Shown: one piece after another, positions 10,801 through 24,458 of the stretch | Numbering within the stretch: the stretch's first letter is position 1 | Layout of the letters: each line of letters starts with the position of its first letter | NCBI GenBank assembly: GCA_964304625.1 | Contig: OZ199840.1 | Location: 7,569,544-7,633,543 of the forward strand | Origin: Kudoa neothunni | Taxonomy: Eukaryota; Animalia; Cnidaria | Direction of reading: 5' to 3' | DNA: 64,000 nucleotides | Made by a program: the position numbers and the translations under genes | The notes under the pieces: model-generated | The model's database searches: none | Told to the model about the DNA's origin: nothing | The model's input: the letters and a program-made list of their open reading frames with translations, nothing else

Positions 10801-13800
10801 ACGAAGCTATGTTTGTCATAATTTTATAGTAGGTAGAGCATTATTTGTTGTAAATAATATAATCGCCTCAAAATGAGTCTGAACGTTTAATCGATAAACA
10901 TAAGAAAGCGAATGAAAAATCTACTGGAGCGCATTATGTGTCAAATATTGTGATAACGTTAAGTCGGTCACTCGTCACATATAATATAATGCAATAGTTA
11001 TACCTGAATAACAAGCCATTCTGAATAGAAATGCTGTTGACGTTGGTGAACCTATTAAATTAATAGATCAAGCAGGTTAAAAATATTAGCATTACTTGAG
11101 ATGTGATGAAAATCATTTTCTTTTCAATGTCATAAGAGATCTGCGTGGTAATCAATCTCCTTGATGTTCTATTGTTCAACATTTGCATGAGAGCGGATTG
11201 GTTAGTGGTCGTGTTAAACAATTGGGAGTCATTTTTAATCTTATTCCACAACTCACTGAATTCCTGATATCTAGCAATAACAAATTGGAGACGGTTTCGT
11301 CAAAACTGATTCGAATCCAACGATACTTTGAAAGATCATATAGCAATCTGGCAAATTCTTTCCCTATCCGTACACACTCACCAAACTAAAATATAAAAAG
11401 GGTCACAACGCTGCACAACCTGACCATGGTACGAACGAAAACACAATAAACAATAGATATGGCGTAATTCGGAAATTTTAAATTTATAAAAATATAAAAG
11501 ATTGTCATAGTTATTCATTAAATAATATAAATTTTTACGTTGAAAAAATAATTTAGATCCAGCTGAAATAATAGTGGACAATTTTGCAAACCTAATTAAC
11601 CTTATAAGTAAGATGGGATAGATTTCTACCAAATTTTTATTTTAAGGGTGTAAGTTTTTCAGCTAATTAGTAGGTTAAACTCAATAAAGATGTCGGCAGA
11701 AATGCTTAAAATGTTATTAGGAATAATTATCTAGCAACTATTAACAAAATATTATCAGTTTCTTTCATTCATGCGTCGTTTTTCATTTGGAGATGTAGTC
11801 TAATAATACTTCAATAAATATACAAACATAAAATCCATATGAATTTAACTTCCAAATTAAGGGGGTCAATTTAAGAAATCGGTCGAGAACCCTTGACTTA
11901 GTATTATTCTATCAGCTGATTCTTAGATCGTTAGAAAGCTCGACATAGTCTTATTGTCTGATAAAATCATTAAATGATTTACCGTAGTATTTGATTGGTT
12001 GCGACACTGACTCATTCCGAAAAATATCTCATTAAAAATACGAAAAATCAGTGTTAGTTAATTTTAATAGAAAATCATGCACTCTAGCTGTGATGTAATA
12101 ATTTCGAGTTACCGAAATATTAGGGCATATCAAGATCTTACTGCCATATTGGTTCGGTTAATGGTCGGTAAAAAATAATTTTTACATTGTTTTCAATCAT
12201 TGTTAACAAAAATTCCGTTTCCTCATCCACAAATCTGACCATTTCAGGCATATGTATTTGGATCGACAACAAATTCGCGTAGCAATATATCACAGGTTGT
12301 AGAAGAGTTGGGTTGGATGATAGATATTGTCTACAATCGTATCAACAACAATAAAATCTAGCTAAATTGCATAAGAGAAACCTGTGTTTGTTTACCACGT
12401 AGAACATCTGTTTCATGGCCCATGCGTTCGGGGCAGAGAAATTTGCCACTAAAACAGTCAACATCAAACCACATAATATCATTATTGTTGGTATTAAAGT
12501 AAATATCAATTTATTTTGCAATGATACTTAGATGGAAAAATAGAAATTAAATAGTTAGTTTAATTAATACACAACTCAACGACCGCAACTCTAAACTGGG
12601 GGTGTACTAAAATAAATCTCATTATAATTTTTTCTACAAAAAAAATTACTGTTAATAAATTCTCGTGTATTTTGTGCTTAAAATATTGATTAATTGGACT
12701 AATTTTATCAGTATATTATTAAGTGTACACGCGTCAAAATATTTGGCTTGACCTTAAAATTTCGGATGACTAAATACCCTCACATTTTTTACGATTATTT
12801 AGTATTTTAAAGAATTCACTGGAATCGACTAATACAAAATAACAAAGATACACCAAACTTTGAAAATTTCAGCAAACAAAACAAAAGCATTGTCTAGGTC
12901 AGATAATTACTCATAATACCTTAATAAATTGGCTAAAGATAATTTAAACTTATCTAATACCAAAAATCCCCGCACAATCAACCCGATATCAATATGTTGT
13001 ACTTAAATATGTCTCAGATCCCATGCGATGGTATAATATAAAGAATTCCAATCAGATTGAGTATATAAAGTTTGCATTTATGTTAAATCCTACAAAAAAG
13101 CCGTTACTAATCTCGCGCGGGCGCAGTTGATTGAATATTATTTTAATTTCGCGGATATTCCTTCTTAAATCTAATGAATCTATTATATTTAATTACTCAA
13201 GCAAAATTATAATCTAAAATTCCGTATCTTTCTATCTGGATAGTATTGCCAGATTAGCTTATTTAAATCCAATAAAAAATTAACTTATTGGTGGTAATTT
13301 TATTATAATATAGAATATCATAAAATCAATAAACAAATGCTATAGAATTTGGACTTAAAATATCAACTAGAAATATTCCACGAGATAGAATGAAACAGGC
13401 TTTATTTAATGGGCTAAGCGCACACCTTATCTCAGTTCATGATTAATTGCATAAATTTTGAGATGTTTAATCTAATCATAAATTCACTAATACGATAACT
13501 AATTATCTCACAGAAAAACATAAATGCTATTTAAATACGTCGATATGATGAATTTCTAATGGAAAAAACTACCTGAAATACATCTCAGAAGCGCAATCAA
13601 AAGATGGCCAGCATTGGAGACATTTGCATCCAACAACTCATTCAACAACCAAAAAATCTACAAACAATATCTAGTTATCACCAAAAATAAAACTACCTGC
13701 TCTTTACAAGTATTGCTCAAACGTTTATAATATTCGTAAACCAGATGAACAGCTGCATTAACAAAACTTCCAAAAAAATCTTTGGTTATTATCGTGAGGG

Positions 13801-14209
13801 TTTGAAGTATCTGACCAATCAAAGAAATCAATTAAAACTTTCAATAAAACCAACTACTGTGGAACAACTTCCCGGGCGCGTTAGTATTGAATACAATAAA
13901 CCTAGCGCCACTTCGTCGTGCTCCTTGGAACTTTTCAAAACCTTTCGAAATAATATTATTTGCATTTTTACATTATCGGCTATTGCGCGCGTTAAAACAA
14001 CTAACTTTGTTGTAGAGATATTCCTGCAATTGAGAAGTGGAAAAGTTTTGAGTTGAATTGATTATTTCATTGTAATAGGACTCATATTCCTGGTAAATAA
14101 GTTGATGAGAATCATATTTGGATAAAGTTACACTTCTTGTTACTTTTTCTAGTTTCCCTTTAGGATAGATCGGTGTTATCTCAAAAAGCGTGTTTTCAAC
14201 TTCCTCCAT
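7818..14209 (-). CDS. INTS3: Integrator complex subunit 3 / SOSS-A, multi-exon
   Basis: Exons translate to INTS3 hallmarks: HDEVALGLLYSILT (~13880-13920), RTSRRLITTQISYDIEKKMIFITSQ (~11100-11170), [28 protein letters not shown] (~10520-10605), FYDWFFF...SIMNLEPAILLI (~10270-10405). ATG at 14209, stop at 7818-7820. Confidence 0.88.
11645..11895 (+). repeat. hAT-type MITE family, copy B, inside an INTS3 intron
   Basis: End atatgaatttaacttccaaattaagggggtcaatt...gagaacccttg matches the end of copy A (1930-1989) and, inverted, copy C. Confidence 0.55.
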
Positions 14210-14715
14210 TGGACGCACACGCAATAATTGCCTGGCCAAGAGTCTCGTTTAATGTTCGGAAATGATGGCGACGCCGAAGTTAGGCGATTTATATTTCAAG
14301 TCTATTTTTTCATCATAAGAAAAAATAGAAGAATCTAATTGTTTAAATTTGTTCCATTTTGCAAATGAAATTATTTCGGACCTAGATATTTATTTGAGTT
14401 AATTGACATGCTCAAAACGGCCGTATTCATACTGACATAGAGACAGTTATGAATTATGGCGTTTTGAAAACGCTTCAGTTTATACCATGGAAGAGGCTGG
14501 CATTGTATACTTGTTCTTGAAGGGTTTGACTCAATAGATGAGTTTATTATAAAAATTTTGTGTTTTTCTGTTATATATTCTAATTAATTTATGAGCAAAT
14601 AAATAATCTAAATAATGGTGTAACATCGAATTGTTAACGAACTGATAATATTCTATGAAAAATAATTTCTAAGTTTTCCATTAGTCAAAATATGACTTTT
14701 CGAGGCAATACGCCA

Positions 14716-15134
14716 CGACCTAGCATAAGTTTTTTTTGTTTACAAGGTCAAACCCATGGCGCAACTTGTTAGGTTGAGAAGTTCGGGCTAGTCAGTCCTT
14801 CTCCATTTAAGCTGTAGACACCGTATCGTCATATTAACACGACTTACGTTTAAGTGGTAGTGTGGGACTTTACCCCACTAAACATCCTCGTTTCGCAGCA
14901 ACCACCACCCCAAATATAACCTGGACTAACCCAGAATTAGTCTGGGAAAGTCGTCTGAATGCGGGTATCGGCTCTACGGAAACCCCCTACTGGGTTTTAT
15001 TTTGTTCCTGTACCCCGGCGTTTACGAGCGCCCGATTTCTACAGCCTTCCTACTCAATTTCGGATTAGGAGTACAGGAACGTCCGGATCAGGCCTGGAGC
15101 TCGCATACTGTGAAGTTGCGAACTCGACCTAGCA
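14716..15134 (-). mobile_element. Retroposed GC-rich structured element (SINE or 5'-truncated non-LTR retrotransposon tail)
   Basis: Perfect 10-bp direct repeat cgacctagca at 14716-14725 and 15125-15134. T8 run at 14730-14737 reads as an A-tail on the minus strand. Several internal inverted repeats. Much higher GC than the flanks. Confidence 0.65.
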
Positions 15135-15174
15135 CCACTTCCATTATGCCATATCGTCCAGAGTGACTTAACAA

Positions 15175-15530
15175 AAAGGGGTTCTTAACCGATTTTTCAA
15201 TTTGACCCCCTCTGCTTGCTGAAAAAACCGAAAATACACCCATAATTTGGAAGCCAAATTCATATGTTCTTTAATGTTTTTTGTTAGTTTAGCTAAGACC
15301 GAAGCTATTTGCACAATAACTCATAATTATAAACGGCATGTACGCCTGTGCTATGACCATTTTTAATCCTATCAACTCTTACTTACACCCTGTCTACAGA
15401 TTTAATTCTTTACATTTTGCTTAATTAAATTATTCCTATCCCAATCCTTCGTTTTTAGGATCTAGAAATAGTTAAAAACAGTCCAAACTAATGACACCTG
15501 TATATTATTTATCATGCGAATAGCCACTTT
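15175..15530 (-). repeat. hAT-type MITE family, copy C (inverted relative to A)
   Basis: Begins aggggttcttaaccgatttttcaatttgaccccc. Its reverse complement aligns with 1665-1989. Confidence 0.65.
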
Positions 15531-16231
15531 ACATTTTTTGTGTCACACAGTAAGGATTAAAACCAAATAGATATTTTCCGTTATAAAAATTTTTACTATT
15601 TTATTTATTATCTCATTCGAACTTTTTAATTTTTATAATTTATGAAAAAGAATGATTATATATAAAAATAGCGATAAAATGACACCAAAAGATATTCAGA
15701 TATTCCATGATGCTTAACATTAATATCTTTTTTTAATAAGATATTTTACAGTATATGTTTCTCGATAACCCTGTTTATATCATATTCAAGTGCCATATTT
15801 TAACGTTCCATCATAATAGGATCCTGTTTTTGGTAAAATAACGATTTAAATCAAATGATTAAGTATGAAATATTATAGATCGTATATATTTCATTGAGTA
15901 ATTAAATTATTAATCAATTAAAGAATTTATCGGTCTCTTTAAAATTCTGTCACCAGAAATCTATACCATTTATAATTAAATTTTATTTCTAATATAAACA
16001 TTTTTCGGGTGAATGTGGGTTGATTTCCCCCCAAATTTATTACAATGAAAATATTTCTTGAAATTTTTGCCTTCTATGCAAAACCAAAAATTTATTTTAT
16101 TATGTTAGACTACATATCTTTCATACTCGTGCAAATATTTTTACAACAACTTCTGCAAAGCAACAGTCCAGGTTTATCTGGGGGTATTAATTACACTCGG
16201 AAATCTTCGGTGAAGCGCTTGATCCTAAGTT

Positions 16232-17485
<1,254 letters not shown>

Positions 17486-18179
17486 ATTTTTGTAGTTATG
17501 TATATATTATGAAAATTTTGTATTGTAATAAATACAATAAAATCAGTGGAATTTAACCATTTTATTAATCCAGCTTGTTTATAAATTTGTTCTCGAAAGT
17601 AGAAAATTTGAGATTAGGTTTTTGTAACCAAACAAAATCTGGTGTAGGTACAATGGATCAAGATGTTAGCTAGCATATAGAAATTATGCAATATAATATA
17701 TTTTAATATAATAAACTTTATGCTCAAAATAAAACAAAATGGGGTTATTCTATAATAGTATAGAGAACATAAAAACTAAAATTCATTAATTAAATAGTAA
17801 ATCTTTGGTTTATTATTATTCTAAGTTCATAACGTGGACGTAACTTTGAGATAATGAAGATCATGGAATTTTTATAATTCATGTAGATATCGCTGATTCT
17901 GTTCATGTTTATTCCCTGATTTTTAGCGCCGGAATAAAACTTATGATTTTGGAGTTTATATTTTACCTTTTTATTAGTTTAAAAAGAAAGTGATTATTGG
18001 GTCGGTTAAAGAAATATTTTGAGTTGACGAATCCCTTTAAAATCATTTAAAAAATGTACTTATACTTTCAGTTAGCTCATAGAAAGGATTAAGCTGAAAT
18101 ATTTTTAAGGCATTATCTTTTTAACCCAAATTAATACCACTTTATTCGATATAAATTATAATATAATCTCGATTACAAC

Positions 18180-19444
18180 TAGGGCTTCAAAAAATCGAGG
18201 GTTGACTTCGAGGAACCTCGATCCTCGAAAATTCTCCAAACCCTCGAAATTTCAAATTTCGAGGGTACAGGGATTACCCTCTAGTTCGAAGAGATTAAGT
18301 CAATGTAATAAACGAGATAGTGTGATTCGTTCATAGTGGATTCTCGTAATCAATGTTAGGAGAAATTTTCTAATCGAAATTCAGCAGTGCATTATTTTTT
18401 AGAATAAACTATTTTATTTCTTTGAAAATATCGGCGAAGTTGCAATACTACAGTATATGTGTACGAATTTCGGGTGGTGTCGCATACAAAATCGGAAATA
18501 AAGTCGTTTCCTACAATTCGTCCTGTTAATTCACTTCATTTTCAAAAAATTTTTCCATTTTTGATCTTATCACAAAAAAATACATTATCTAATTAAATTC
18601 GGGTCAAAAAGAATTACCCTATAATAAACTGGAAATAAATATTAAGTCGAGCACATTCGGATTCACGCGGAATCTCATTGTTGTTGATAAATACGCCAAA
18701 AGATCACTATTTCTCTACAATTTTAACAAATTCGAAATCGCTTTTTTTTCAGTGAATTTTTTTTTATTTGTATCTGTTAGTAATAAGTTTGTAAATGTTC
18801 AATCTGGACTTCGTATTTTAAAAACAGAACTTTCTGATTTATTCTATTCAAAATTAGAACGAAAATGTTTCAATTTAACTATGGCATGACTTAATGTGAT
18901 TTTTAGTTTATAAATTTTTTCGCGTAATTTATTCGTAACATAAAAAGTTTTATAACAATATTTGTTCTAAAATTCACACATGAAAATTTTTAATTTATTT
19001 TATTAAGTTATCTTTTTATTCATATCCATTAGGTAACTAAAAACGAAAATACTAAATAATTATTTTTTAGTTTAAATTAACTCTAAAGTAGAGTGATCGT
19101 CATAAATCAAAATACACGATTTTTAGGCATTTTAAACAAAATCAATTATGGATGTTAATAGGTCAAAAGCATTTTTTTATTACTTATCAAAACAATATAA
19201 AAATGGTGTAAAACTTAAAAATAAACATTTATTACCAAATTTTGGAATATAAAATATTCTAAAAGATTAAACATGTATAAAGCTTGTGAGTAAAAATTGC
19301 TAGGATTAAAGATTCTCGGCCTCAAGCATGCATGCCGTTAAGGACTAGTAAGCTAATGTACAGTTCCTCCTACACTCGGATTACCTCAGTTTCCAGCTCC
19401 TGGAGACTTTCGTTTTATGATTTCGCCCAGCGCTGCCAACCCTA
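18180..19444. mobile_element. Possible non-coding hAT-type element (taggg...cccta ends)
   Basis: Left tagggcttc followed by a cluster of tcgagg/cctcga subterminal repeats. Right end gctgccaacccta. No matching TSD, so the two ends may belong to different elements. Confidence 0.35.
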
Positions 19445-19559
19445 ATCTAGCATTCTACAAAATTTTTGATGGACAAAGAATATCTAATTAGCCATACATA
19501 TTAATGTTATGTAAATTTAACATTGTTTCAGTAACGTCAAAATTATATCAACAGTGAGT

Positions 19560-20785
19560 TGATGTATTGAAAAATTCTCATATTCGAACCAGGCTATCCA
19601 ACGTCGAACACAACATTTTATTTCTTTCAATAGTCTTGGAAGCTCCAGCAGATGAAAATATTCTTTCGGTGGAAGTGTTGCCTAGGGGAAGTAAAATGAG
19701 TGAAATACAATATTTTCCAATTGAATTAAAGTCACTATGTTCAGAAACCTTACTCCAAAATTCGAGTGAACTCAACTTAGTGACATCAGTGCACCCTAAA
19801 AATTGGTTCCAATTTACTTCGTTAATTAACCTGTATTCTTGCTCAACGAATTCGTTCTTAAATGAATTATCTGGCAACATATAAAAATGAGATTTAATGT
19901 CTGGATTTCATACGTAGGTTGGTTTTAAAAAAGTAACTTTTTTTATTTGTTCGTATGAATTAAAAGCCCTAACATTTAATTCATTTAATATTTTTTCAAG
20001 ACACCTCTTGGCTAGGATTTGAGTAACCAATTCTGGAAGTAATTTCATGAATCTAAAGTCATAATCGATTTCATTGAAGTATTTTGGCAGTTTCAAATGA
20101 TTGTACACTCTAGAATAAAAAGGTTCCACCAATAAATTAATTTGTTTTTTTCCTCCAGTAGTTTTATAATGGAAGACAAAAACGAACAGCTTCTTATACT
20201 CAATATTTTTTAGGAGGTCAAGGTTAACTTGTGCATTATATTTTTGATTAGCTTTAAGTTCGTGTAAGATTCTTGTAAACTATTGAACAAGAATGTCCCA
20301 ATTATTGATCAGGCGCTCAATTATTTCACTTCTACAAAGCCATCTTGTTTGAGTGTTCATTTTAAAGGGAGGATTCACGATTTACGTCATCAAGGTCATC
20401 TGAAACGGAGGATTCAACAAAGTTTTCAAAAAGTTTCAAATATTCTATTTTCCTTTTATTGCTCTTCTTGAACCACTTTGGAATATTTTACCAAATACCA
20501 CTCATGTTTGGCGCAAGTTCAGAAAACGCTTCTTCAGCAACTTTGTTGAGCGAATGACATAGACAATTAAATTCTTGTAGTTTAGTCCAAATGATGAAAT
20601 CGAACTATCAAGGCTGTTAAAAATATTTTCGGCGTCTGTTCTTTCAATTTCCTTGATTTCAAGCAATCGAGTTACAACTGTTTTCTCCGCAATAGGATAG
20701 AATAAAACGATTATGTTCAAGTGAGGTTTTATATTTATGTCTGACCATTCATCAATTAAAATTGAAAATGGTTGATCCTCTAAGT
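19560..20785 (-). pseudogene. Fragmented hAT transposase
   Basis: Fragments PFSILIDEWSD...LLEIKE...DAENIF (first catalytic D region) and LEFWSKV...LLPLGNTSTERIFS (dimerisation domain), separated by frameshifts and stops. The 5' part is cut at 20786 by another hAT end (cagtgtttcccaacc after ctctaagt). Confidence 0.85.
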
Positions 20786-21843
20786 CAGTGTTTCCCAACC
20801 TTTTTCAAATGTATTGATTTTTTAACTTAAACTGCTTATAATTTTGAACCTAGCTTCGTGCCACATTAAAATATATTCGATCAGATCTAATTTAATTCAT
20901 AGATGGACTTTAAAAATTAACATTTATACTTCTTTATTTAGTCAAAAACCATGTTAAGTAAAACTAGTGGTAATCCAACCCAAATCAGGCAAAACTTTCT
21001 GTATTTGGGGCTTATAAACCGAAATTCAATAACTAATATTGACAATTAATCAATATTATTCTAGGATAAGTCAAAAAAAGAGGGGATCACGGTTATAAAT
21101 GTGACAACGTTTGAATTATAATCATTCCGATTCTATTGAGCAAAAACCATGTTAAACGTTTTTATACTTTTTATATAAATTGATCAGTGCTTTTTTATTC
21201 TTTTAGGATATTAACGTTCGCATAAAAATAAATAAGATCAAAAATCGAAGTATTGATTTCAATATGCGCCATACTGCCCAATTATCTCACAATTATCCAC
21301 GTCCTACAAGAGCCGTTCATTAAACGCCCAGAGTTTTCCATGCCCTACCATACATGAGGTTTTGTTGAATAATTAGGTTTAATTTGTTGTAATTTAATAG
21401 TTTATTAACTCATATGTTTTTATTCGCTTTTAAAATTACTTTAATTAATTTTGAATATTATAGACTTGGAAATTGTTTAATTTACAGTATGAACCTTAAA
21501 ATGATTTTATATTTTTCAAAACGTGTTTTAACTATTAAATACAAAATCAGCGAAAAAAATTAAAGATGGTATATATACAACGCTTATTAGACTAGGAAAA
21601 AATTTCAAAGTAAAGAGATTTACTAAGTTTGTTTGCAACAAATTTGTCAACAACAATTATCATATAATAAGCTTATGTAAAAAATAGAATAAAATGACTA
21701 TAAGCTAGATAGACCATTTATTTCCACATAAACAAAAAAAAATAACGCCAAACAAGCAGACACGTTAAATTAAAAATTAGTTTTCAGGAGATTCTCTTCG
21801 TTTCCCTTCAGTCAGAGTTATATAAATTCAACACTTTCGACCA

Positions 21844-22390
21844 TCATATATTACTTGAATATGAAATTTCACTTCTCGAACTGGCAAATGACCCACTTTT
21901 CGAATATTCTTCACTGTCATTTTCTAAAGAATAGATGACATTATAAGGAACTTAACTAGAATACCAGGTATATTGTTTGAAGGCAACATCGGGCACAAGG
22001 AAACCGACCTATTTTTGGTGATTGTGTTGGTGTTTACAATCCGAGAATATTTAGTAATGAAATCATCAAAACTTTCGGCCTGCAAATGTAAAAGTAAATT
22101 ATTGATAAGATAACATTTATTCGATTCGGTCACTTACCTTGAAGTAATTAACAATATTATCTTTCATCTTTTGATTAGATGTGTTTTTCATATAATTCAA
22201 CAGTGTGCTCATTCCTCTATCAACAATATCGAAATACTCTTGTTCAGATTTATCACCGGTCATAAGGAACTATGATGAACTATTAATCGATTCTCAATCA
22301 CGACCAGCCCAACAAATAAATCTTATTAGTGTTAATTACCAACAACAACACACTTATAGTTGAATATAACTGAGTAATTGCAGCAATTGA
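21844..22390 (-). CDS. Hypothetical multi-exon protein, 5' end unresolved
   Basis: GT-AG-joined exons read FLMTGDKSEQEYFDIVDRGMSTLLNYMKNTSNQKMKDNIVNYFK|AESFDDFITKYSRIVN...NNIP|ENDSEEYSKSGSF...SNI*. Confidence 0.5.
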
Positions 22391-22881
22391 ACAGCTCAAA
22401 ATATCACAATATTAGCAAGGATTTAGAATATGAAATAAATTTGCGGGCAACAAAATCTATTACTACAATTCAGAATAGATCAGATGGAATAACACTTGCA
22501 CGATAAAAATAATAACATGCGCACATCTAGCCTATTTTGAAATACAGACAATTTAAAATTTAAACGGGATTAAGCAGAAGGCGGATTAACATCGTTCGGA
22601 CAGGGATTACGTAACTCGGGTACTCACTGCCTCTACTATCACGAATGAATAGAAAAAGTAAAATCTAAAAAGCTACACACCACTCGAAATAACTAGGTTG
22701 CGGATAAATTATAATAATTAGCTATGTAAAACAAGGTTCATTAATATATTAGAAACTAATCCGTAGATTAACGTAAAGGTAACCTACTAATCTACCAATA
22801 CGACTGTAAATAGTCGTTAAAAAAACACACCAAACATAACTTTGATATAACTTAGCTCATATATATGTCTGTTTTTTGTTT

Positions 22882-23457
22882 TTATATTGATATGAAATAT
22901 CCATATAGAATATAATTGGAGATGAACAGATACAATGTTCCTTCCAATATTCCTATAAATATTCCCGCTAAAACATCAGTATAAAAGTGTCTGCCGAGTG
23001 CCACTCTTGAATAGCACACCAACAAACACACCAACAGCAGCGCATTAGACATGAAACGATTTTGAGTAAATTGACACGAATTCAAATAGGTTTTAATGGC
23101 AAAAGCACGCGTGCAATGCCCAGATGGAAATGAATATTCGTCACCAGGCACAACCTTGAATGAGGTGTCACCTCGATTGTAGGATGGACGTTTTCTTTTG
23201 ACGCTCAATTTTAATACAAATTGAGTAGCTATATCCAACAGTTGAATCAGAAATAAGTCAAAAAAGAAATGGCCAATTTTTCGGGAGAATGCTGATGCAA
23301 CTATGTAAAACAATAAACTCCCTGGAAGTGTTATGTGACCATCCAAAATGGTTTCCGTGTGTTTGCATAATCGTTCAAGATGGCCATTTTTGGGTTTTTT
23401 ATCCCTCAAATAGGTGGATTTGCTAAGATGTCGGTCAAGGGCCAGTATTTTCTCCAT
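22882..23457 (-). CDS. PLPP6: PAP2-family lipid phosphatase, PLPP6 (polyisoprenoid diphosphate phosphatase)-like, intronless
   Basis: All three PAP2 catalytic motifs are present (KLSVKRKRP, YSFPSGH, SRVALGRHFYTD), with hydrophobic TM segments. Assignment to the PLPP6 subfamily is by motif similarity. Confidence 0.8.
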   Translation of the reverse strand: MEKILALDRHLSKSTYLRDKKPKNGHLERLCKHTETILDGHITLPGSLLFYIVASAFSRKIGHFFFDLFLIQLLDIATQFVLKLSVKRKRPSYNRGDTSFKVVPGDEYSFPSGHCTRAFAIKTYLNSCQFTQNRFMSNALLLVCLLVCYSRVALGRHFYTDVLAGIFIGILEGTLYLFISNYILYGYFISI

Positions 23458-24458
23458 CACTGTCTACTGAAGTTATCACACGGCTACCACTGATTAGAAC
23501 AGGTGTTGAATGTCTTTCCTTTCGAAAGTATTCGGATGTCTTCAATGTTTCCCTTTCTAATCACTTCAGTGTGATTTAATCTTTGTTTTTATTTCATAAA
23601 TCGATAATCCTATTTTTTCGATATAACTAAAAATTTTGTTTATTTTTGGATTAAAAAATCCCATAATATTTATATCTGATGAATGTCAACAAATAATTTT
23701 ATGGAAATGGCTATTGGCACGATAAATAATATTGAAGTGACATTAAATATAGCAGATTCAAAAAAATTACATCTGAAAACAGCTTATAAGAAAGAGTCGC
23801 TGAAAATAAAAATTTCTAGTGCGCGTGTATACACGCCGTTTGGGATTAAATTTTATACTCACTTTGTCATATTATCATTTCATTAATCCAAGTCCGACAA
23901 AAAAAAATATTTCTTGTACTGATATTGATATTGCTTTACTAACATTCTACACACTTAGCTTTTGCGTGTCATTCTGAAATTTCTTAAAAAATAGAGTAGG
24001 ACGTAAAAATATATTTAAATTAAAAATTAATATTTTATCATGTTCACATGTCAAAAACTAAAAATTCTCCGCAAGTTATTTCCCATTATGTTTCTAATCT
24101 GATATAGTTAAAAATGTTAACACAATAATGTCACATATTAAAGAATAAAATCTTCGCCAACAAAATTTGCAATGTGTTCATGACTACATTAAAACGTGTA
24201 AATCTATGCGTAATATGACTCTGGATGTTTTATTCTTCGATTAATAATGATAGAAGATTATTAAATCTAATATATTTAGTAATTGTAAAATATTTTGGTT
24301 TTAGAGTCAATGAAATAAGAGATTTTAAAGTTAAAATATCCAATATGTACCTAAATTATTATCAGGCTAGCATTACAAACTTAAATTATGCCACGGTTCC
24401 TGTAAACTGTATACAAAAATTTTTGAGATGTTTTAGATACAGAATAATTAGAGATATA

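Noticed and set aside
14862-15068. 68-aa ORF inside the GC-rich insert
   Set aside because: GTG start, no recognisable motif, and expected by chance in GC-richer sequence.
14940-15160. RNase P RNA, hammerhead ribozyme or tRNA-derived SINE head
   Set aside because: Minus-strand attcagacgact resembles the RNase P 3' P4 strand but has no 5' partner. There is no CUGANGA core on either strand. An A-box-like tggcataatgg lies outside the direct repeat and lacks a convincing B box or cloverleaf.
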